Shown one piece after another: positions 30,966-42,165 of a stretch of 64,000 nucleotides of DNA; position 1 is the first letter of the stretch; the number at the start of each line of letters is the position of its first letter. The stretch lies in the NCBI GenBank assembly GCA_021734945.1, contig JAIPIA010000001.1, positions 4,465-68,464 of the forward strand, written 5' to 3'. The notes beneath the pieces were generated by a model. It had not been told where the DNA came from. It did no database searches and saw only the letters and a program-made list of their open reading frames with translations. The position numbers and the translations under genes were made by a program. The DNA comes from Minisyncoccota bacterium. Its GTDB lineage: Bacteria > Patescibacteriota > Minisyncoccia > Phycocordibacterales > CAIZLB01.

Positions 30966-32054
30966 ATGCCCAAAGATGCTTCAGTTCTATCTGCTTCAAG
31001 TGATGTATCAATAAAACATATTGAGTATGTTGCTTCGTATATTGATGAACTTATTTCGTCTGCCTGTAGGATGGATGTGAGCGACATACATATAGATCCA
31101 AAAGCTGAGTATACCGATGTGAAGTTTCGTATCGCAGGTAAATTACTACTGCACGATAGATTTAAAAAGGATTCTCATGAGGAGTTTGTCGGTCGGATCA
31201 AGATTCTTTCAAAGATGCGAACAGACGTACATGATAAAAACCAAGATGGTCGTTTCTATTTTGATAATGAATCAGTTGATAAAGATCAGGGAACTAAGTC
31301 AGGGCACTCCGTCGAGCGTATTGACCTTCGTGTTTCAATATTACCCACTTTTTTCGGTGAAAATATTGTCATACGAGTTTTGCGCCCAGAGCTTCAACGT
31401 GACAAGAGGCTGGTTGATTTAGGCATATCAGAAGAACAATCGACACATATATTGGAGGCTGTTGGTCGTGAACAGGGAATCATAATTATTGCTGGACCAA
31501 CAGGTTCTGGTAAAACAACAACTATATATACAATACTGTCACACCTTTCTAAATTAAATAAAAATATAGTTACATTAGAAGATCCGATAGAGTATGTCGT
31601 TCCTGGTATCAGACAGGTTCAGATTTCCGAACCTGCAGACTTTGGTTTCAGCAAAGCACTTCGTGCACTGCTTCGGCAAGACCCAGATATTATTATCATT
31701 GGAGAGATACGAGACAGTGATACAGCAAATCTGGCTTTTCAGGCCTCACTTACTGGGCATTTAGTTATTACAACCATTCATGCCGAGGATTGCGCGGGTG
31801 TTTATTCTAGGCTTTCAAATCTTGGAGTGAGTAAGGATATGATGCACTCACTTACATTGATGATGAGCCAGCGTCTGATTGAGACGGCTGATCATAGACG
31901 TAGAGGTGTCTTTGAAGTCATACCAGTTGAAGGAAAAGCAAAAGTAACTCTGTTCCAAAATACATTTCCAGAATACATACGTAAAGCTTTGCAAAAGCAA
32001 GGTGTACTTTTACTTGAGGACTCACTTAAAAATATAAGAGAAAATCATGAGTAA
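30966..32054 (+). CDS. GspE/PilB/ComGA-family pilus assembly ATPase
   Basis: SDIHIDP, GPTGSGKTTT, LEDPIEY, LRQDPD..GEIRD and TGHLV motifs. Confidence 0.92.
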   Translation: MPKDASVLSASSDVSIKHIEYVASYIDELISSACRMDVSDIHIDPKAEYTDVKFRIAGKLLLHDRFKKDSHEEFVGRIKILSKMRTDVHDKNQDGRFYFDNESVDKDQGTKSGHSVERIDLRVSILPTFFGENIVIRVLRPELQRDKRLVDLGISEEQSTHILEAVGREQGIIIIAGPTGSGKTTTIYTILSHLSKLNKNIVTLEDPIEYVVPGIRQVQISEPADFGFSKALRALLRQDPDIIIIGEIRDSDTANLAFQASLTGHLVITTIHAEDCAGVYSRLSNLGVSKDMMHSLTLMMSQRLIETADHRRRGVFEVIPVEGKAKVTLFQNTFPEYIRKALQKQGVLLLEDSLKNIRENHE

Positions 32055-33111
32055 GTCACTGCAACATATTTTCAAATACCTTTCGATATATATTAGCGCT
32101 TCTTTAGACATTAGTACTTCGATTGATCTTGTGTGCAAAAGATTAAAGCATAAAAAGATTCTATCTATATTTAAGGAAATTCAAGAAAAAATTAAGGAAG
32201 GCAAAAGCTTTAAAGATGCTTGCATTGTTCTCAAAAATGAGAAAATGCTGGATGGTGTAGCGTGGTCACTGCTTAGTTCTGCAGAGCATGGTGGAAATAT
32301 TTCTGGTGCATGTTTATCAATCTCGAAGCATTTAGATGAACAGTCCAAAATCAAATCGTCACTTGTCGGCGCGCTGGCATATCCAGTAGGTATGTTTGTT
32401 GCATCTATTTTGATGGTTTTGTTTTTGATAACAATTGCTTTTCCAAAAATTATCCCATTATTCAAGTCTATGAACGCACCTATACCAGCCACTACTCAGT
32501 TTTTACTTAATATTTCTTCATTTATTTCTAATTGGGGCGTTTATGTATTGATGTTGTCCGCAGGTGTCTTAGCGGTTTGTTCAAGGCTGTATTACAAGGA
32601 AAATACTTTCAAATTCAGGGTACAGTTCTGTATCCTTAAAGTACCTATTATTTCCAAAATATTGCTTTTCAAAGAATACGTAAACATTGCATCTTCCATT
32701 TCATTACTTCTCAAAAACAACAAAACACTAGAGGAGTCTATCTTGGTTGCTATGGAGTCATGTGTTTATGTTCCTATAGTTGTCGAATTGAATTCAATTC
32801 TTCAAAATATTGTGTCAGGTCAAAAAATATCAGCCGCGTTCGACTTAACTTTAAGTAAAGGTAAGGGACATTCTTTCTTTTCGGAAGAGTGGATTGATTT
32901 GATAAGTGTCGGAGAGATAACAGGTTCATTACCTCAGTCGTTTGGGGATATATCTAACTTACACGCAACTCGATACAAAGACGCAGTACAGGTACTCATG
33001 CGTAGCTCTGAACCGATCGCGCTGTGTTGCACTGCTGTGGTCGTCCTTTTTATTGCTCTTTCGGTGGTTACTCCTATGTATTCCATTATTCAACAGGTTC
33101 AAGGGCAATAA
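32047..33111 (+). CDS. GspF/PilC-family inner membrane platform protein
   Basis: AEHGGN, ALAYP and GEITGSL motifs; three TM regions; overlaps ATPase stop. Confidence 0.9.
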   Translation: MSKSLQHIFKYLSIYISASLDISTSIDLVCKRLKHKKILSIFKEIQEKIKEGKSFKDACIVLKNEKMLDGVAWSLLSSAEHGGNISGACLSISKHLDEQSKIKSSLVGALAYPVGMFVASILMVLFLITIAFPKIIPLFKSMNAPIPATTQFLLNISSFISNWGVYVLMLSAGVLAVCSRLYYKENTFKFRVQFCILKVPIISKILLFKEYVNIASSISLLLKNNKTLEESILVAMESCVYVPIVVELNSILQNIVSGQKISAAFDLTLSKGKGHSFFSEEWIDLISVGEITGSLPQSFGDISNLHATRYKDAVQVLMRSSEPIALCCTAVVVLFIALSVVTPMYSIIQQVQGQ

Positions 33112-33126
33112 TTAAATCAATATAAA

Positions 33127-34560
33127 ATGCAGAGTACAAATTTAAATGGATGTTGTAGAAATAGCAGAGGTCTCAGTATTTTGGAAGTTCTTATTGCTGT
33201 CGCGATTGTTTCTTTTGTATTTATTCCAGCAGTGGAAATTTTGTATTCAATACAACCCAAAAGTATTTTAGAAATATTGAGTAGTAATAGCGCTACGAAA
33301 AATCAATATTTAAAGAAGCTAGTGTTCGAAAGAGGGGACTTAGAAGTTATTTCTGGAAAGGGAGGTGTTTGGAAATCATATTCAAATTCAAATACATTAT
33401 TTACAAAGCAATCCTGTACAGATTTTAATCCAATAGGTTTTAATAGTACAACTCAAGATGGAGGTGTATCACAAGGTGGGTCTATAAAACCTCTTCTCTA
33501 TACATACACCAAAGAGGAATTAGGTATTAGCACAACTACTATACTGACTGGCACTGCCATTATTGGTCAAAATTTATATATAAGCGCAGATTCATCTAGT
33601 ACTACTGAGCCTGACATACTTGTTTACAATATTTCCTCAGACTTGTATAGCTCCGCTAGTGTTTTCACAATAGGGAATCACAATACTTTTAGACCAACAC
33701 TCACATTACTTCAATCAAAAGAGACAGGGCCAGGTATCTCATCTATTCAAAGTAGGGGAAAATATCTTGTTGCATCAAACACAAGTGTAAAAAGTCAGGT
33801 AGATATATTTGATACAAGCTTATCAAAACAAATGTCACTTACTATTCTAGGATCAAACAGTAGTACCACTCCACTTACAAAAGTCGTACTACACGCCAAC
33901 AATATGATTGTCGTGGGTACAGAAAAAAGCGTTTTACCTGAGATACATATATTTGATATTAATTCAGGTAATGTTGTGCGCACAGTAGAAACTGGTTATG
34001 GAATAAACGATATGGTAGTTAACAATAATTTATTAATTGTTGCGGGGCCTCGCGACCCAGAGATTGAAGTATTTGAGTTGAGTACAGGTCAGAAAATCGG
34101 ACAATATGATCTGCCTGGAGGTTCTGGAAATGCAAAAGTTTTATTACCTTTTGGTGATTTACTATATGTCGCTAGGACAAAAGGTGGAAATGAATTTGTC
34201 GTTCTTGATATGAGTGGAGGCATCCAAGATTTAACAAATTCTACGCCAGAGTCTAGAAATATAATTTTTACTGAAATTGCAAATCAAAAAATTAATTGGA
34301 GTGTGGATACAATGCTCACTTATGAACAATTTGTTCCACTGTTTTCAGCCGATGAGTATAAAGAATTTCAGTTATATAAGATCTCAGATACAAATCAAAT
34401 TCAATTACTTGCAACACTCGATTTACCTGCCCGAGTTACAAGTGCAATGTGCTTTAAGAATACAATATGGACCACATTTAGAGATCCTGAATTTTTTAAT
34501 ACTAATCCATCGAACACCTCTGCACAGACATTAGGTTTGATTATATTTAATATTCAATGA
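33127..34560 (+). CDS. Large prepilin-like protein with beta-rich (propeller-like) C-terminal domain
   Basis: Class III signal RG|LSILEVLIA. Confidence 0.75.
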   Translation: MQSTNLNGCCRNSRGLSILEVLIAVAIVSFVFIPAVEILYSIQPKSILEILSSNSATKNQYLKKLVFERGDLEVISGKGGVWKSYSNSNTLFTKQSCTDFNPIGFNSTTQDGGVSQGGSIKPLLYTYTKEELGISTTTILTGTAIIGQNLYISADSSSTTEPDILVYNISSDLYSSASVFTIGNHNTFRPTLTLLQSKETGPGISSIQSRGKYLVASNTSVKSQVDIFDTSLSKQMSLTILGSNSSTTPLTKVVLHANNMIVVGTEKSVLPEIHIFDINSGNVVRTVETGYGINDMVVNNNLLIVAGPRDPEIEVFELSTGQKIGQYDLPGGSGNAKVLLPFGDLLYVARTKGGNEFVVLDMSGGIQDLTNSTPESRNIIFTEIANQKINWSVDTMLTYEQFVPLFSADEYKEFQLYKISDTNQIQLLATLDLPARVTSAMCFKNTIWTTFRDPEFFNTNPSNTSAQTLGLIIFNIQ

Positions 34561-34588
34561 ATTAAGTCCAGTAAAAATTAAAATTACA

Positions 34589-35062
34589 ATGTATAAAAGA
34601 ATGATTAAAAATAGAGCAGGACTGTCTTCGTTGAATAAGCAGGGTATTACTTTATTGGAGGTCCTTCTATATATTGCGATTTTTACAGTACTTTGCGTCT
34701 CAGTAGTGTATCTATATATTTCTATCAGTAAGGCTGCAAATGATGTAAAAACAAGTATTAAGCGGGCAGAGATTGCATTCTTTGTGTACGAAATATCAAG
34801 ACATAAGATTGACACGCAAGGGCCATTTACTCCAGACCTGTTAACAGTTGAGGACTTTTCTAGAGTACTAAAATATTATCCAAATATAAATATGAAAGAA
34901 ATTCAAGTTGAGCTAGTGGATGTTAATAATAGCAATAGCGGTAACAATAATTTGGCGGCAGTAAATCAGCGTGCAAAGATTACGTATAAAATTGCTTTCA
35001 AGGGGGTAAATAGACTATCTGAAAAAATATTTCTTCACACATTCTATATTGATTTGCTGTAA
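34589..35062 (+). CDS. Prepilin-type protein
   Basis: KQG|ITLLEVLLYIAIF cleavage/methylation motif. Confidence 0.8.
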   Translation: MYKRMIKNRAGLSSLNKQGITLLEVLLYIAIFTVLCVSVVYLYISISKAANDVKTSIKRAEIAFFVYEISRHKIDTQGPFTPDLLTVEDFSRVLKYYPNINMKEIQVELVDVNNSNSGNNNLAAVNQRAKITYKIAFKGVNRLSEKIFLHTFYIDLL

Positions 35063-35138
35063 TGTACATTAAAAATGTGGATTAAATTTAATTACTCGCA
35101 AACACCCACATATCTATTTATGTTATTATATTCCTAAT

Positions 35139-35858
35139 ATGACATACGGATATCAACAAGGTGGAAGTTATGGTAGCCACAAGCAAGCTCTTGGCTTCGA
35201 TGCTGGTGCTTCTGAACGAATGCGAATGGATGCTGCAATAAAAGAGCAACATCGAGTAGAAAGAGAGCGCGCAAAACTACAATTAAAGGATGTCGAGCAA
35301 AAATTTGAACATAATAAAACTGAAATATCGCACAAGGAGGTAGAAGCACGGCGCCTCATTGCGGAAATTACACATGCAATGCATGAACTTCAAGAGTTTG
35401 AACGAACAGTAAAACTAATGGTAGACAAAGAGCATACGACAAAGATACAGATTAGTGATACAGGTACAAAAATTCAAGATGCTCAAAGGCAAGAAATTCA
35501 AAAGAAAAAAGATCTTGAGCTACTGAATCGTGACATTGAGCAAATAGAAAGACAAATATCATTGCTTCAGCAAAAACTTAATGACCATAAAAAGCATACA
35601 TATGATTTAAGTATTGAAATTCAAAAATTATCAGTACTCATCAAGCAACTTGAAAGCCTTGAGAATAAAGAGCAGGCAGATGTATCTCACGTAAGGTCAG
35701 AAGCACAGTATAAAGCAAAAGATTTAGATACAAAAAAACGAGCTATTCAGACTATGGATCAGAAGCGTATGCGAGAGATTGGTGAAATAGATAGATTAAA
35801 GCAAGAAAATGTCCATCTAGAAAATGAAATCCGACAGCTCGAAATAAAAGCAAAATAA
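35139..35858 (+). CDS. Hypothetical coiled-coil protein
   Basis: Heptad-rich charged sequence. Confidence 0.7.
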   Translation: MTYGYQQGGSYGSHKQALGFDAGASERMRMDAAIKEQHRVERERAKLQLKDVEQKFEHNKTEISHKEVEARRLIAEITHAMHELQEFERTVKLMVDKEHTTKIQISDTGTKIQDAQRQEIQKKKDLELLNRDIEQIERQISLLQQKLNDHKKHTYDLSIEIQKLSVLIKQLESLENKEQADVSHVRSEAQYKAKDLDTKKRAIQTMDQKRMREIGEIDRLKQENVHLENEIRQLEIKAK

Positions 35859-35879
35859 TAGCAGGATTTGCAAACGGGC

Positions 35880-37484
35880 TTAGATTAAACTCTTTCCTGT
35901 CATCGTACTCGGCTTTTCAATTTCAAAATATGAGAGAATTGTCGGGGTAATATCCGCAAGTGTTCCATAAATACCTTTTTCATGTGCTTCAGCGGTGAGG
36001 CTCGCTGGTTTGAGCACGGTGTCTTTATCTGTAAATACAGCAGGAACTGGGTTGATAGTGTGAGCTGTGTGCTTGTCGCCAGTTGTCTGGTCGACGTTTA
36101 CTTCGGCATTTCCATGATCAGCTGTTACAAAAGCTATAGCCTGATTTGGTCGAGCTTTGAGGGCATCAAGTACTCGTCCCAGTTGTGTATCTACAGTCTC
36201 TACAGCTTTGATAATGGCAGGAACATTTGCAGTGTGCCCAACCATGTCAGGGTTTGCAAAGTTTATGAAAATAAAATTCATACCTGCGTTTATTTCCTCT
36301 ATAGCTTTATCAGCGATGGCTTCGGCACGCATCTCAGGTGCTTGGTCATGTGTCTGTACATCTTTTCGACTTGCAAGAAGAATATGTTTTTCGCCATCAT
36401 ATGGTTTTTCAACCCCACCGTTTAGGAAATACGTAGCATGGGGAAATTTTTCTGTCTCCGCAATGTGCGCTTGAGTAAATCCTGCGCCAGCAAGTTCTTT
36501 TGCAAGAGTTGTTTCAATGAGAGCAGGTGGAAAAGCAATGAGACATCCAGCTTCAGCACTGTATTCACTTCCATATGAAGTCAACGTTGCAAATCGTACG
36601 TTGTTGAGAGGTTGATCATGATCACCACGGATTTTTTCAAGCATTTTCATAGAAAGCATTCGTGCACGGTCTGCCCGGAAGTTGAAGAAGAATACTCCAT
36701 CATTGTCTGCGATATTACAACCCATTCCGTCTGGTGCTGGACAAACCATTGGTTCAAGATGCTCGTCAACTTTTCCATCTTTGTACAGTTGTTTCAAAAA
36801 TTCTGATGGTTTAATTTCACAGATGTGACCTTTTGATTCGAAAAGAGCTTGTTCAACTTTTGAAAGTCGATCCCAGTTATTATCTCGATCCATTGCAAAG
36901 AATCGCCCTGAAACTGTGGCGATAAAACTCATGTGAGTTTCGTCATTTATTTCAATAAGCAGTCGCTCAAGATCTTCAAGATATTGTGCTGCACTTTGTG
37001 GAGGTGTATCACGTCCATCAGTAAATACATGAAGTGCAACTTTTTTGATACCAGCATTTTTTGCAGCTCTGATAAATGCAAAGAGGTGATCAGAATGACT
37101 ATGTACTCCACCTTCACCAATCAAACCTTGAACATGTAGCGTCGATGTATTATCGAGAACATGTTTGAAAAGGGTAGTGAATGCAGGGTTTGTATCATAC
37201 TCACCACTAACGATAGCTTTTTTTATTCGCACTAAGTCTGTGTCGATAGCTTTTCCAGCACCAATAGTTGTGTGACCAATTTCACTATTTCCCATTTGAC
37301 CCTCAGGTAGACCAACAGCCAACCCACTTGCCTCGAGAAGTGTGTGCGGATACTCATTCCAAATACGATTGAAAACTGGAGTTTGCGCAGCTGCTACTGC
37401 ATTATCTTTTGAATCTTCTCGATAGCCCCAACCATCGAGGACGATAATGAGTGCTTGTCTGTCTTTAGGGTTTGTTTTTGTCAT
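35880..37484 (-). CDS. gpmI: 2,3-bisphosphoglycerate-independent phosphoglycerate mutase
   Basis: LDGWG, GQMGNSEIGH, DGRDT, NPDMVGHT and TADHGNAE motifs. Confidence 0.98.
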   Translation of the reverse strand: MTKTNPKDRQALIIVLDGWGYREDSKDNAVAAAQTPVFNRIWNEYPHTLLEASGLAVGLPEGQMGNSEIGHTTIGAGKAIDTDLVRIKKAIVSGEYDTNPAFTTLFKHVLDNTSTLHVQGLIGEGGVHSHSDHLFAFIRAAKNAGIKKVALHVFTDGRDTPPQSAAQYLEDLERLLIEINDETHMSFIATVSGRFFAMDRDNNWDRLSKVEQALFESKGHICEIKPSEFLKQLYKDGKVDEHLEPMVCPAPDGMGCNIADNDGVFFFNFRADRARMLSMKMLEKIRGDHDQPLNNVRFATLTSYGSEYSAEAGCLIAFPPALIETTLAKELAGAGFTQAHIAETEKFPHATYFLNGGVEKPYDGEKHILLASRKDVQTHDQAPEMRAEAIADKAIEEINAGMNFIFINFANPDMVGHTANVPAIIKAVETVDTQLGRVLDALKARPNQAIAFVTADHGNAEVNVDQTTGDKHTAHTINPVPAVFTDKDTVLKPASLTAEAHEKGIYGTLADITPTILSYFEIEKPSTMTGKSLI

Positions 37485-37677
37485 TTTGGGTTGAAAATTC
37501 GGATTGGTTATTGAATGGCCGAAATTACGGCCTATGCCCTTATTTGGCTGAATAATATAAGGGAGATTATACAGGATTTACAAGATTTGAGAAAAGAGTA
37601 GGATAAACGAAAACCGTGGGCAAAAGTGCCTAACATTACGGTCTTTGACAGTTAAAATTCAAAACACACTTTTTCCC

Positions 37678-38244
37678 ATGACTAAGAAACCTTTTGTTAT
37701 TCCTACCTTTCTGAAGCAAGTGATTTTTGCCGTTCTTCCAATGAATGGTTACCGAGCTTGTGACCTGATTACGCTCTTCCAGAGAGGAATCGAAACCGCC
37801 CGAGGAGTCGGCCAACATATCAATTCTGATGATACCATTACTGGAGGCGTTCAGATCTTTTCTTCGGAAACTGGTATGTTCAGCGCCTACGCTGCTGTGT
37901 TGGCCTCATATTGCCAAGATAAGTGGCGGATTGCTGACTATCCGTATGCTACCATCCCTATGACTGGACTCGTGGCGTCAGAAGATCCTGGTGACGAGCC
38001 ACGAATGGAATTCCTGAGAGGCTTGATGCCACCACCCTCGATGGAGACACAATGCCTTGTTCTTGTCGTCAGTGAGGCACAAAGTCTTGTGATGCCAAAT
38101 GCTTTATGCCAGCTCGCTGGATTTCCACAGAGGTACGATGAGTTTAAGAATGGTGTTTTGTCGCCGTACCGTTTCCTCAGTGTTACGGTGGATATGCAAA
38201 CCGGCGGGGTCAGCTTCGTAAAGAATGAAAAGGCAGACTGGTGA
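37678..38244 (+). CDS. Hypothetical protein (ORFan)
   Basis: 188-aa ORF with atypical codon use; no recognised motif. Confidence 0.55.
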   Translation: MTKKPFVIPTFLKQVIFAVLPMNGYRACDLITLFQRGIETARGVGQHINSDDTITGGVQIFSSETGMFSAYAAVLASYCQDKWRIADYPYATIPMTGLVASEDPGDEPRMEFLRGLMPPPSMETQCLVLVVSEAQSLVMPNALCQLAGFPQRYDEFKNGVLSPYRFLSVTVDMQTGGVSFVKNEKADW

Positions 38245-38337
38245 AGATAATTTAATCACCTCCTACATTCTTAGAATGCTCAAAATGGGTCGCTTTAGTT
38301 TAAAGACTGTGGCGCCTTTTTGTTTATTTAATAAAAA

Positions 38338-38781
38338 TTATATAGAAAAATTAGTTATCGTTTTTAGCGCAAATAATCCGATCATAATTGCAAATATTCC
38401 CACTGCTAAAACTACAAACCAAAACCTCGCATAGTTGAACCACCAAACCTCGTTGGATTCTTGATCCAATATTTCATCGAAGATACCGCAGATCGTAGCA
38501 ATAAAAAGTGTCACACCAAGAATTGTTCCTCGGGTCGAAGCTGAAATATCATCAGAGATACTGTAGTACCAAGGAAATATAAATGTTGTCACCGATATGG
38601 ATATCGTGAAGAATAGAATTAAATAAATAATATTTCGTGCATATTTCAAATGCCAATTGGGGTGTTCCAGGTCTTTCGATAAGATTTCCTCAGCGTCATT
38701 GTAAGTATTAAAAAAAGCGAAGTTATCTAAAAATACTCTCTCAAGTAGGCTTTTGTGTCTAGGTTTTTCGTCATCATCCAT
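38338..38781 (-). CDS. Hypothetical membrane protein (3 TM)
   Basis: Three hydrophobic helices. Confidence 0.65.
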   Translation of the reverse strand: MDDDEKPRHKSLLERVFLDNFAFFNTYNDAEEILSKDLEHPNWHLKYARNIIYLILFFTISISVTTFIFPWYYSISDDISASTRGTILGVTLFIATICGIFDEILDQESNEVWWFNYARFWFVVLAVGIFAIMIGLFALKTITNFSI

Positions 38782-38810
38782 AAAGTTTATTAATAATAGT
38801 ATAGCAAACA

Positions 38811-38840
38811 AAAACACCGCACATTTCTGTACGGTGTTTT
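38811..38840 (-). terminator. Terminator downstream of eno
   Basis: AAAACACCG...CGGTGTTTT inverted repeat. Confidence 0.6.
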
Positions 38841-38869
38841 ATGTTTCAAATCTTTATCGAGTGAGATAC

Positions 38870-40360
38870 TTAAGCTTTGAAAGCTCCACGTCCAGCAAAC
38901 ACAGCTTTCTTTCCGAGCTGTTCTTCGATTCGGAGAAGTTCATTGTACTTAGCTACTCGGTCAGTTCGACAGAGTGAACCAGTCTTGATCTGTCCGCATC
39001 CAAGTCCTACTACAAAGTGAGCAATAGTTGTGTCTTCTGTCTCGCCAGATCGGTGAGAGATAACACATGTCATTTTTGCAGCATTAGCCATTTTGATAGC
39101 AGCAATAGTTTCAGTTACAGAACCAATCTGATTGAGCTTGATAAGAATAGAGTTACCAGCTTTTCGTTCAATACCAGTCTTAAGTCGGTCAATGTTTGTT
39201 ACGAAAAGATCATCTCCTACAATCTGAACTTTCTTTCCAGATGATTTTGTAAGCTGTTCATATCCAGCCCAGTCATCTTCTGAGAATCCATCTTCAATAG
39301 ATACGATAGGATACTTTGTAAGCCATTCTTCGTAGAATGCGACCATTTCAGGAGTTGAAAGAGTTCGGTTTTCACTTGTGAGTTCATATGTACCGTTCTT
39401 TGTTTCGCCAACTACACCATTTGCAACATCAGCAGTCACGCTGTCAGCTCCAGCTTTGTAAAGCTCAGTTGAAGCGGCGTCGATTGCAATAGCAATATCT
39501 TTTCCAGGAGCGTACCCAGCTTTTTCAATAGCTTCAAGAATAACTTTGAGAGCGTTCTCATTGTTTCCAAGTGATGGTGCATATCCACCTTCGTCACCAG
39601 TAGTTGTTCCAAGACCCTTGTCATGGAGAATTTTCTTCAACGCGTGGAACACTTCAGCACCCATTTGTAGTGCCTGTGCCCAACTCTTTGCACCAACTGG
39701 CATTACCATGAATTCCTGAAGGTCAGTAGATTTTTCAGCATGCTTTCCTCCGTTCAAGATGTTCATCATTGGAAGGGGAAGCGACATTGGCTTTCCAGTC
39801 TTTGCAATATCAGCGAAGTACTTATATAGAGGTTTCTTCTGTGACTTTGCAGCTGCGTGTGCGAATGCAAGTGAGATTCCAAGAATCGCGTTAGCACCAA
39901 GAACAGCTTTGTTGTGTGTTCCGTCGAGTTCTATCATTCGAGCGTCGAGAGTTTCCTGGTTGAATTGCTTTCCAACAAGAGCCTTTCGAAGTGGACCGTT
40001 TGCATTTGCAACAGCTTTGAGTACACCCTTTCCTCCGTATCGCTTCTTATCACCATCTCGAAGTTCGATTGCTTCGTATGAACCTGTAGATGCTCCTGAT
40101 GGAACAGCAGCTCGTCCAAATGATCCGTCTGCAAGAGTAACATCTACTTCAACAGTAGGGTTTCCTCGTGAGTCGAGAATTTCTCGTCCAACAATCGCTT
40201 TGATTTTTGGAAGAGCATTTTTAGGGATTGCTGGGGCTACGGCTTTTTTAGCTGATGTCACAGGCTTTGATGACTTAGCTGAAGGTCTTGCAACAGGTTT
40301 TACTGATGCCTTAATTGGAGCCTTTACACTAACTGTTTTCTTTACTGGTTTTGATGCCAT
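38870..40360 (-). CDS. eno: Enolase with Lys/Pro/Ala-rich N-terminal extension
   Basis: [24 protein letters not shown] and SHRSGETED motifs. Confidence 0.98.
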   Translation of the reverse strand: MASKPVKKTVSVKAPIKASVKPVARPSAKSSKPVTSAKKAVAPAIPKNALPKIKAIVGREILDSRGNPTVEVDVTLADGSFGRAAVPSGASTGSYEAIELRDGDKKRYGGKGVLKAVANANGPLRKALVGKQFNQETLDARMIELDGTHNKAVLGANAILGISLAFAHAAAKSQKKPLYKYFADIAKTGKPMSLPLPMMNILNGGKHAEKSTDLQEFMVMPVGAKSWAQALQMGAEVFHALKKILHDKGLGTTTGDEGGYAPSLGNNENALKVILEAIEKAGYAPGKDIAIAIDAASTELYKAGADSVTADVANGVVGETKNGTYELTSENRTLSTPEMVAFYEEWLTKYPIVSIEDGFSEDDWAGYEQLTKSSGKKVQIVGDDLFVTNIDRLKTGIERKAGNSILIKLNQIGSVTETIAAIKMANAAKMTCVISHRSGETEDTTIAHFVVGLGCGQIKTGSLCRTDRVAKYNELLRIEEQLGKKAVFAGRGAFKA

Positions 40361-40603
40361 AGATTTCGGTTTTTAGATCTGAAAGATCTGAATTTTTATT
40401 AAAATTTATATTAATTTAGACGAGGGGTATTGTAACATATTTAAGAAACTTGTGGATAACGTAGTGATTTTAAGTGTACTAAAAATGAGGTAAAAAATAC
40501 CTATAATTATAGCCTTAGAATTGATGTGAAATTTAGAACTTTTTGAGCGAAAATTTAACCAAAATCAGTAGACTAAGGAAGATTTAATTATTAGAATATT
40601 TTT

Positions 40604-40780
40604 ATGAAGAAAAATAAAAATAATTTTGAAGAATTGTTTAAAAAACGTAGAAAGGAAGCAGATTTGCGCATGAAAGAAATGAGGGCAGACACAAAAAGAT
40701 TTGTTGCAAAAATAAATGAGATTTTACTTAGAAATAAAATTAGGAGAGAAGCTGGTGAAGAAAGAATTATTGAATATTAA
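40604..40780 (+). CDS. Putative 58-aa basic helical protein (below ORF-track cutoff)
   Basis: MKKNKNNFEELFKKRRKEADLRMKEMRADTKRF...EERIIEY*. Confidence 0.45.
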   Translation: MKKNKNNFEELFKKRRKEADLRMKEMRADTKRFVAKINEILLRNKIRREAGEERIIEY

Positions 40781-40829
40781 ACGTGGCTTGAATCAAAAGT
40801 ACTCTTAGCGTAGACTGAACACACTATAT

Positions 40830-42044
40830 ATGTCGTTTAGCTGGCTCAAAAATTCGCTTGCAAAAATAGCTTCAAAAATGTCTAAATCTGGATCGCCTGT
40901 AAAAAGCGACCCTGTCTTTTTAGGTTTTTGGAAAGATATCGACGCTCGCGCGAAAGCACAAAACCGACCACTCTATGTGCTTGCACCAATGGCAGACGTA
41001 ACTGATTGTGCATTTCGAAAAATGATAAACAAGTACGGCAAACCTGATGTGACTTGGACAGAGTTTGTGTCAGCTGATGGGCTTATGCGAGCAACTCCTG
41101 AAGGTAAGTCAAAGCTTATGCGCGATTTACTTTTTAATGTGAAAAATGAAAGTGGGGAATTTGTGGATGAAAGACCTATTGTTGCTCAACTTTTTTCATC
41201 AAATGCTCAATATATGAGAGAGGCTTGTAAGCTGGTAGCAAATCTTGGGTACGACGGGATTGATATAAATATGGGATGTCCTGATAAAGGAATCGAGAAG
41301 CAGGGTTGTGGAAGTGCAATGATAAAGACGCCAAAGAAAGCTCAAGAGATTATTCGTGCTGCAAAAGAGGGAGCTGTGCGAGATGATGGGACGCGCATTC
41401 CTGTAACAGTAAAGACTCGTATTGGTTATAACAAAAATGAACTTGAGACATGGTTGCCTGCACTTCTTGAAGCTGGTCCTGCTGCTATTACACTGCATGC
41501 ACGTACTCGAAAAGAAATGTCAAAAGTGCCAGCACAATGGGAACACCTGAAACGAGCAGTTGAAATACGTGATGAATTTTTTGCAAAAAAGATAGCGTCT
41601 GAAAAAGGTAAGGGAAATGACGCAAAAAAAGTTGACAGTACAAGGCAACAAAAAACTTTAATACTTGGAAATGGTGATGTGCTTTCAATACAAGATGGAT
41701 ATGAAAAATGTAAAGAAACTGGTGCTGATGGTGCAATGATTGGACGAGCTATTTTTGGTAATCCTTGGTTGTTTCGAAATTTAAATGGTGAAGATGCGGA
41801 CGTCGGTGCACCGGGTCCATCTTACATTCCAACTTTGCAAGAAAAACTTCTAACAATGGTTGAACATACAAAAGAATTTGAAAAGTATTTGGGTGATATT
41901 AAAAATTTCGCAATTATGAAAAAGCATTACAAAGCGTATGTGAATGGGTTTGATGGGGCGAAAGAATTACGAATGGAATTAATGGAAAAAGCATTTAATG
42001 CAGAGGTAGTGGAGGGGATAGTTAAGGATTTTTTGTCGAAATAA
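40830..42044 (+). CDS. dusB: tRNA-dihydrouridine synthase (Dus family)
   Basis: LAPMADVTD, DINMGCP, VKTRIG, HART and GNGDV..MIGR motifs. Confidence 0.9.
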   Translation: MSFSWLKNSLAKIASKMSKSGSPVKSDPVFLGFWKDIDARAKAQNRPLYVLAPMADVTDCAFRKMINKYGKPDVTWTEFVSADGLMRATPEGKSKLMRDLLFNVKNESGEFVDERPIVAQLFSSNAQYMREACKLVANLGYDGIDINMGCPDKGIEKQGCGSAMIKTPKKAQEIIRAAKEGAVRDDGTRIPVTVKTRIGYNKNELETWLPALLEAGPAAITLHARTRKEMSKVPAQWEHLKRAVEIRDEFFAKKIASEKGKGNDAKKVDSTRQQKTLILGNGDVLSIQDGYEKCKETGADGAMIGRAIFGNPWLFRNLNGEDADVGAPGPSYIPTLQEKLLTMVEHTKEFEKYLGDIKNFAIMKKHYKAYVNGFDGAKELRMELMEKAFNAEVVEGIVKDFLSK

Positions 42045-42165
42045 AAACTAATAGCGTCAGACTGGTGAGAGTCTAACGCTAGATAGGTGTGTTGATCCGA
42101 AAACCAACCGTTGAGTGCCGTAGTCTGCGTGTCGCTTATCGCATTTTGCAGCCCTAGAGTGAGAG

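Noticed and set aside
40451-40459. oriC suggested by DnaA boxes (9592, 40451, 60155)
   Set aside because: Boxes are isolated, not clustered, and dnaA/dnaN are absent; more likely promoter-associated sites
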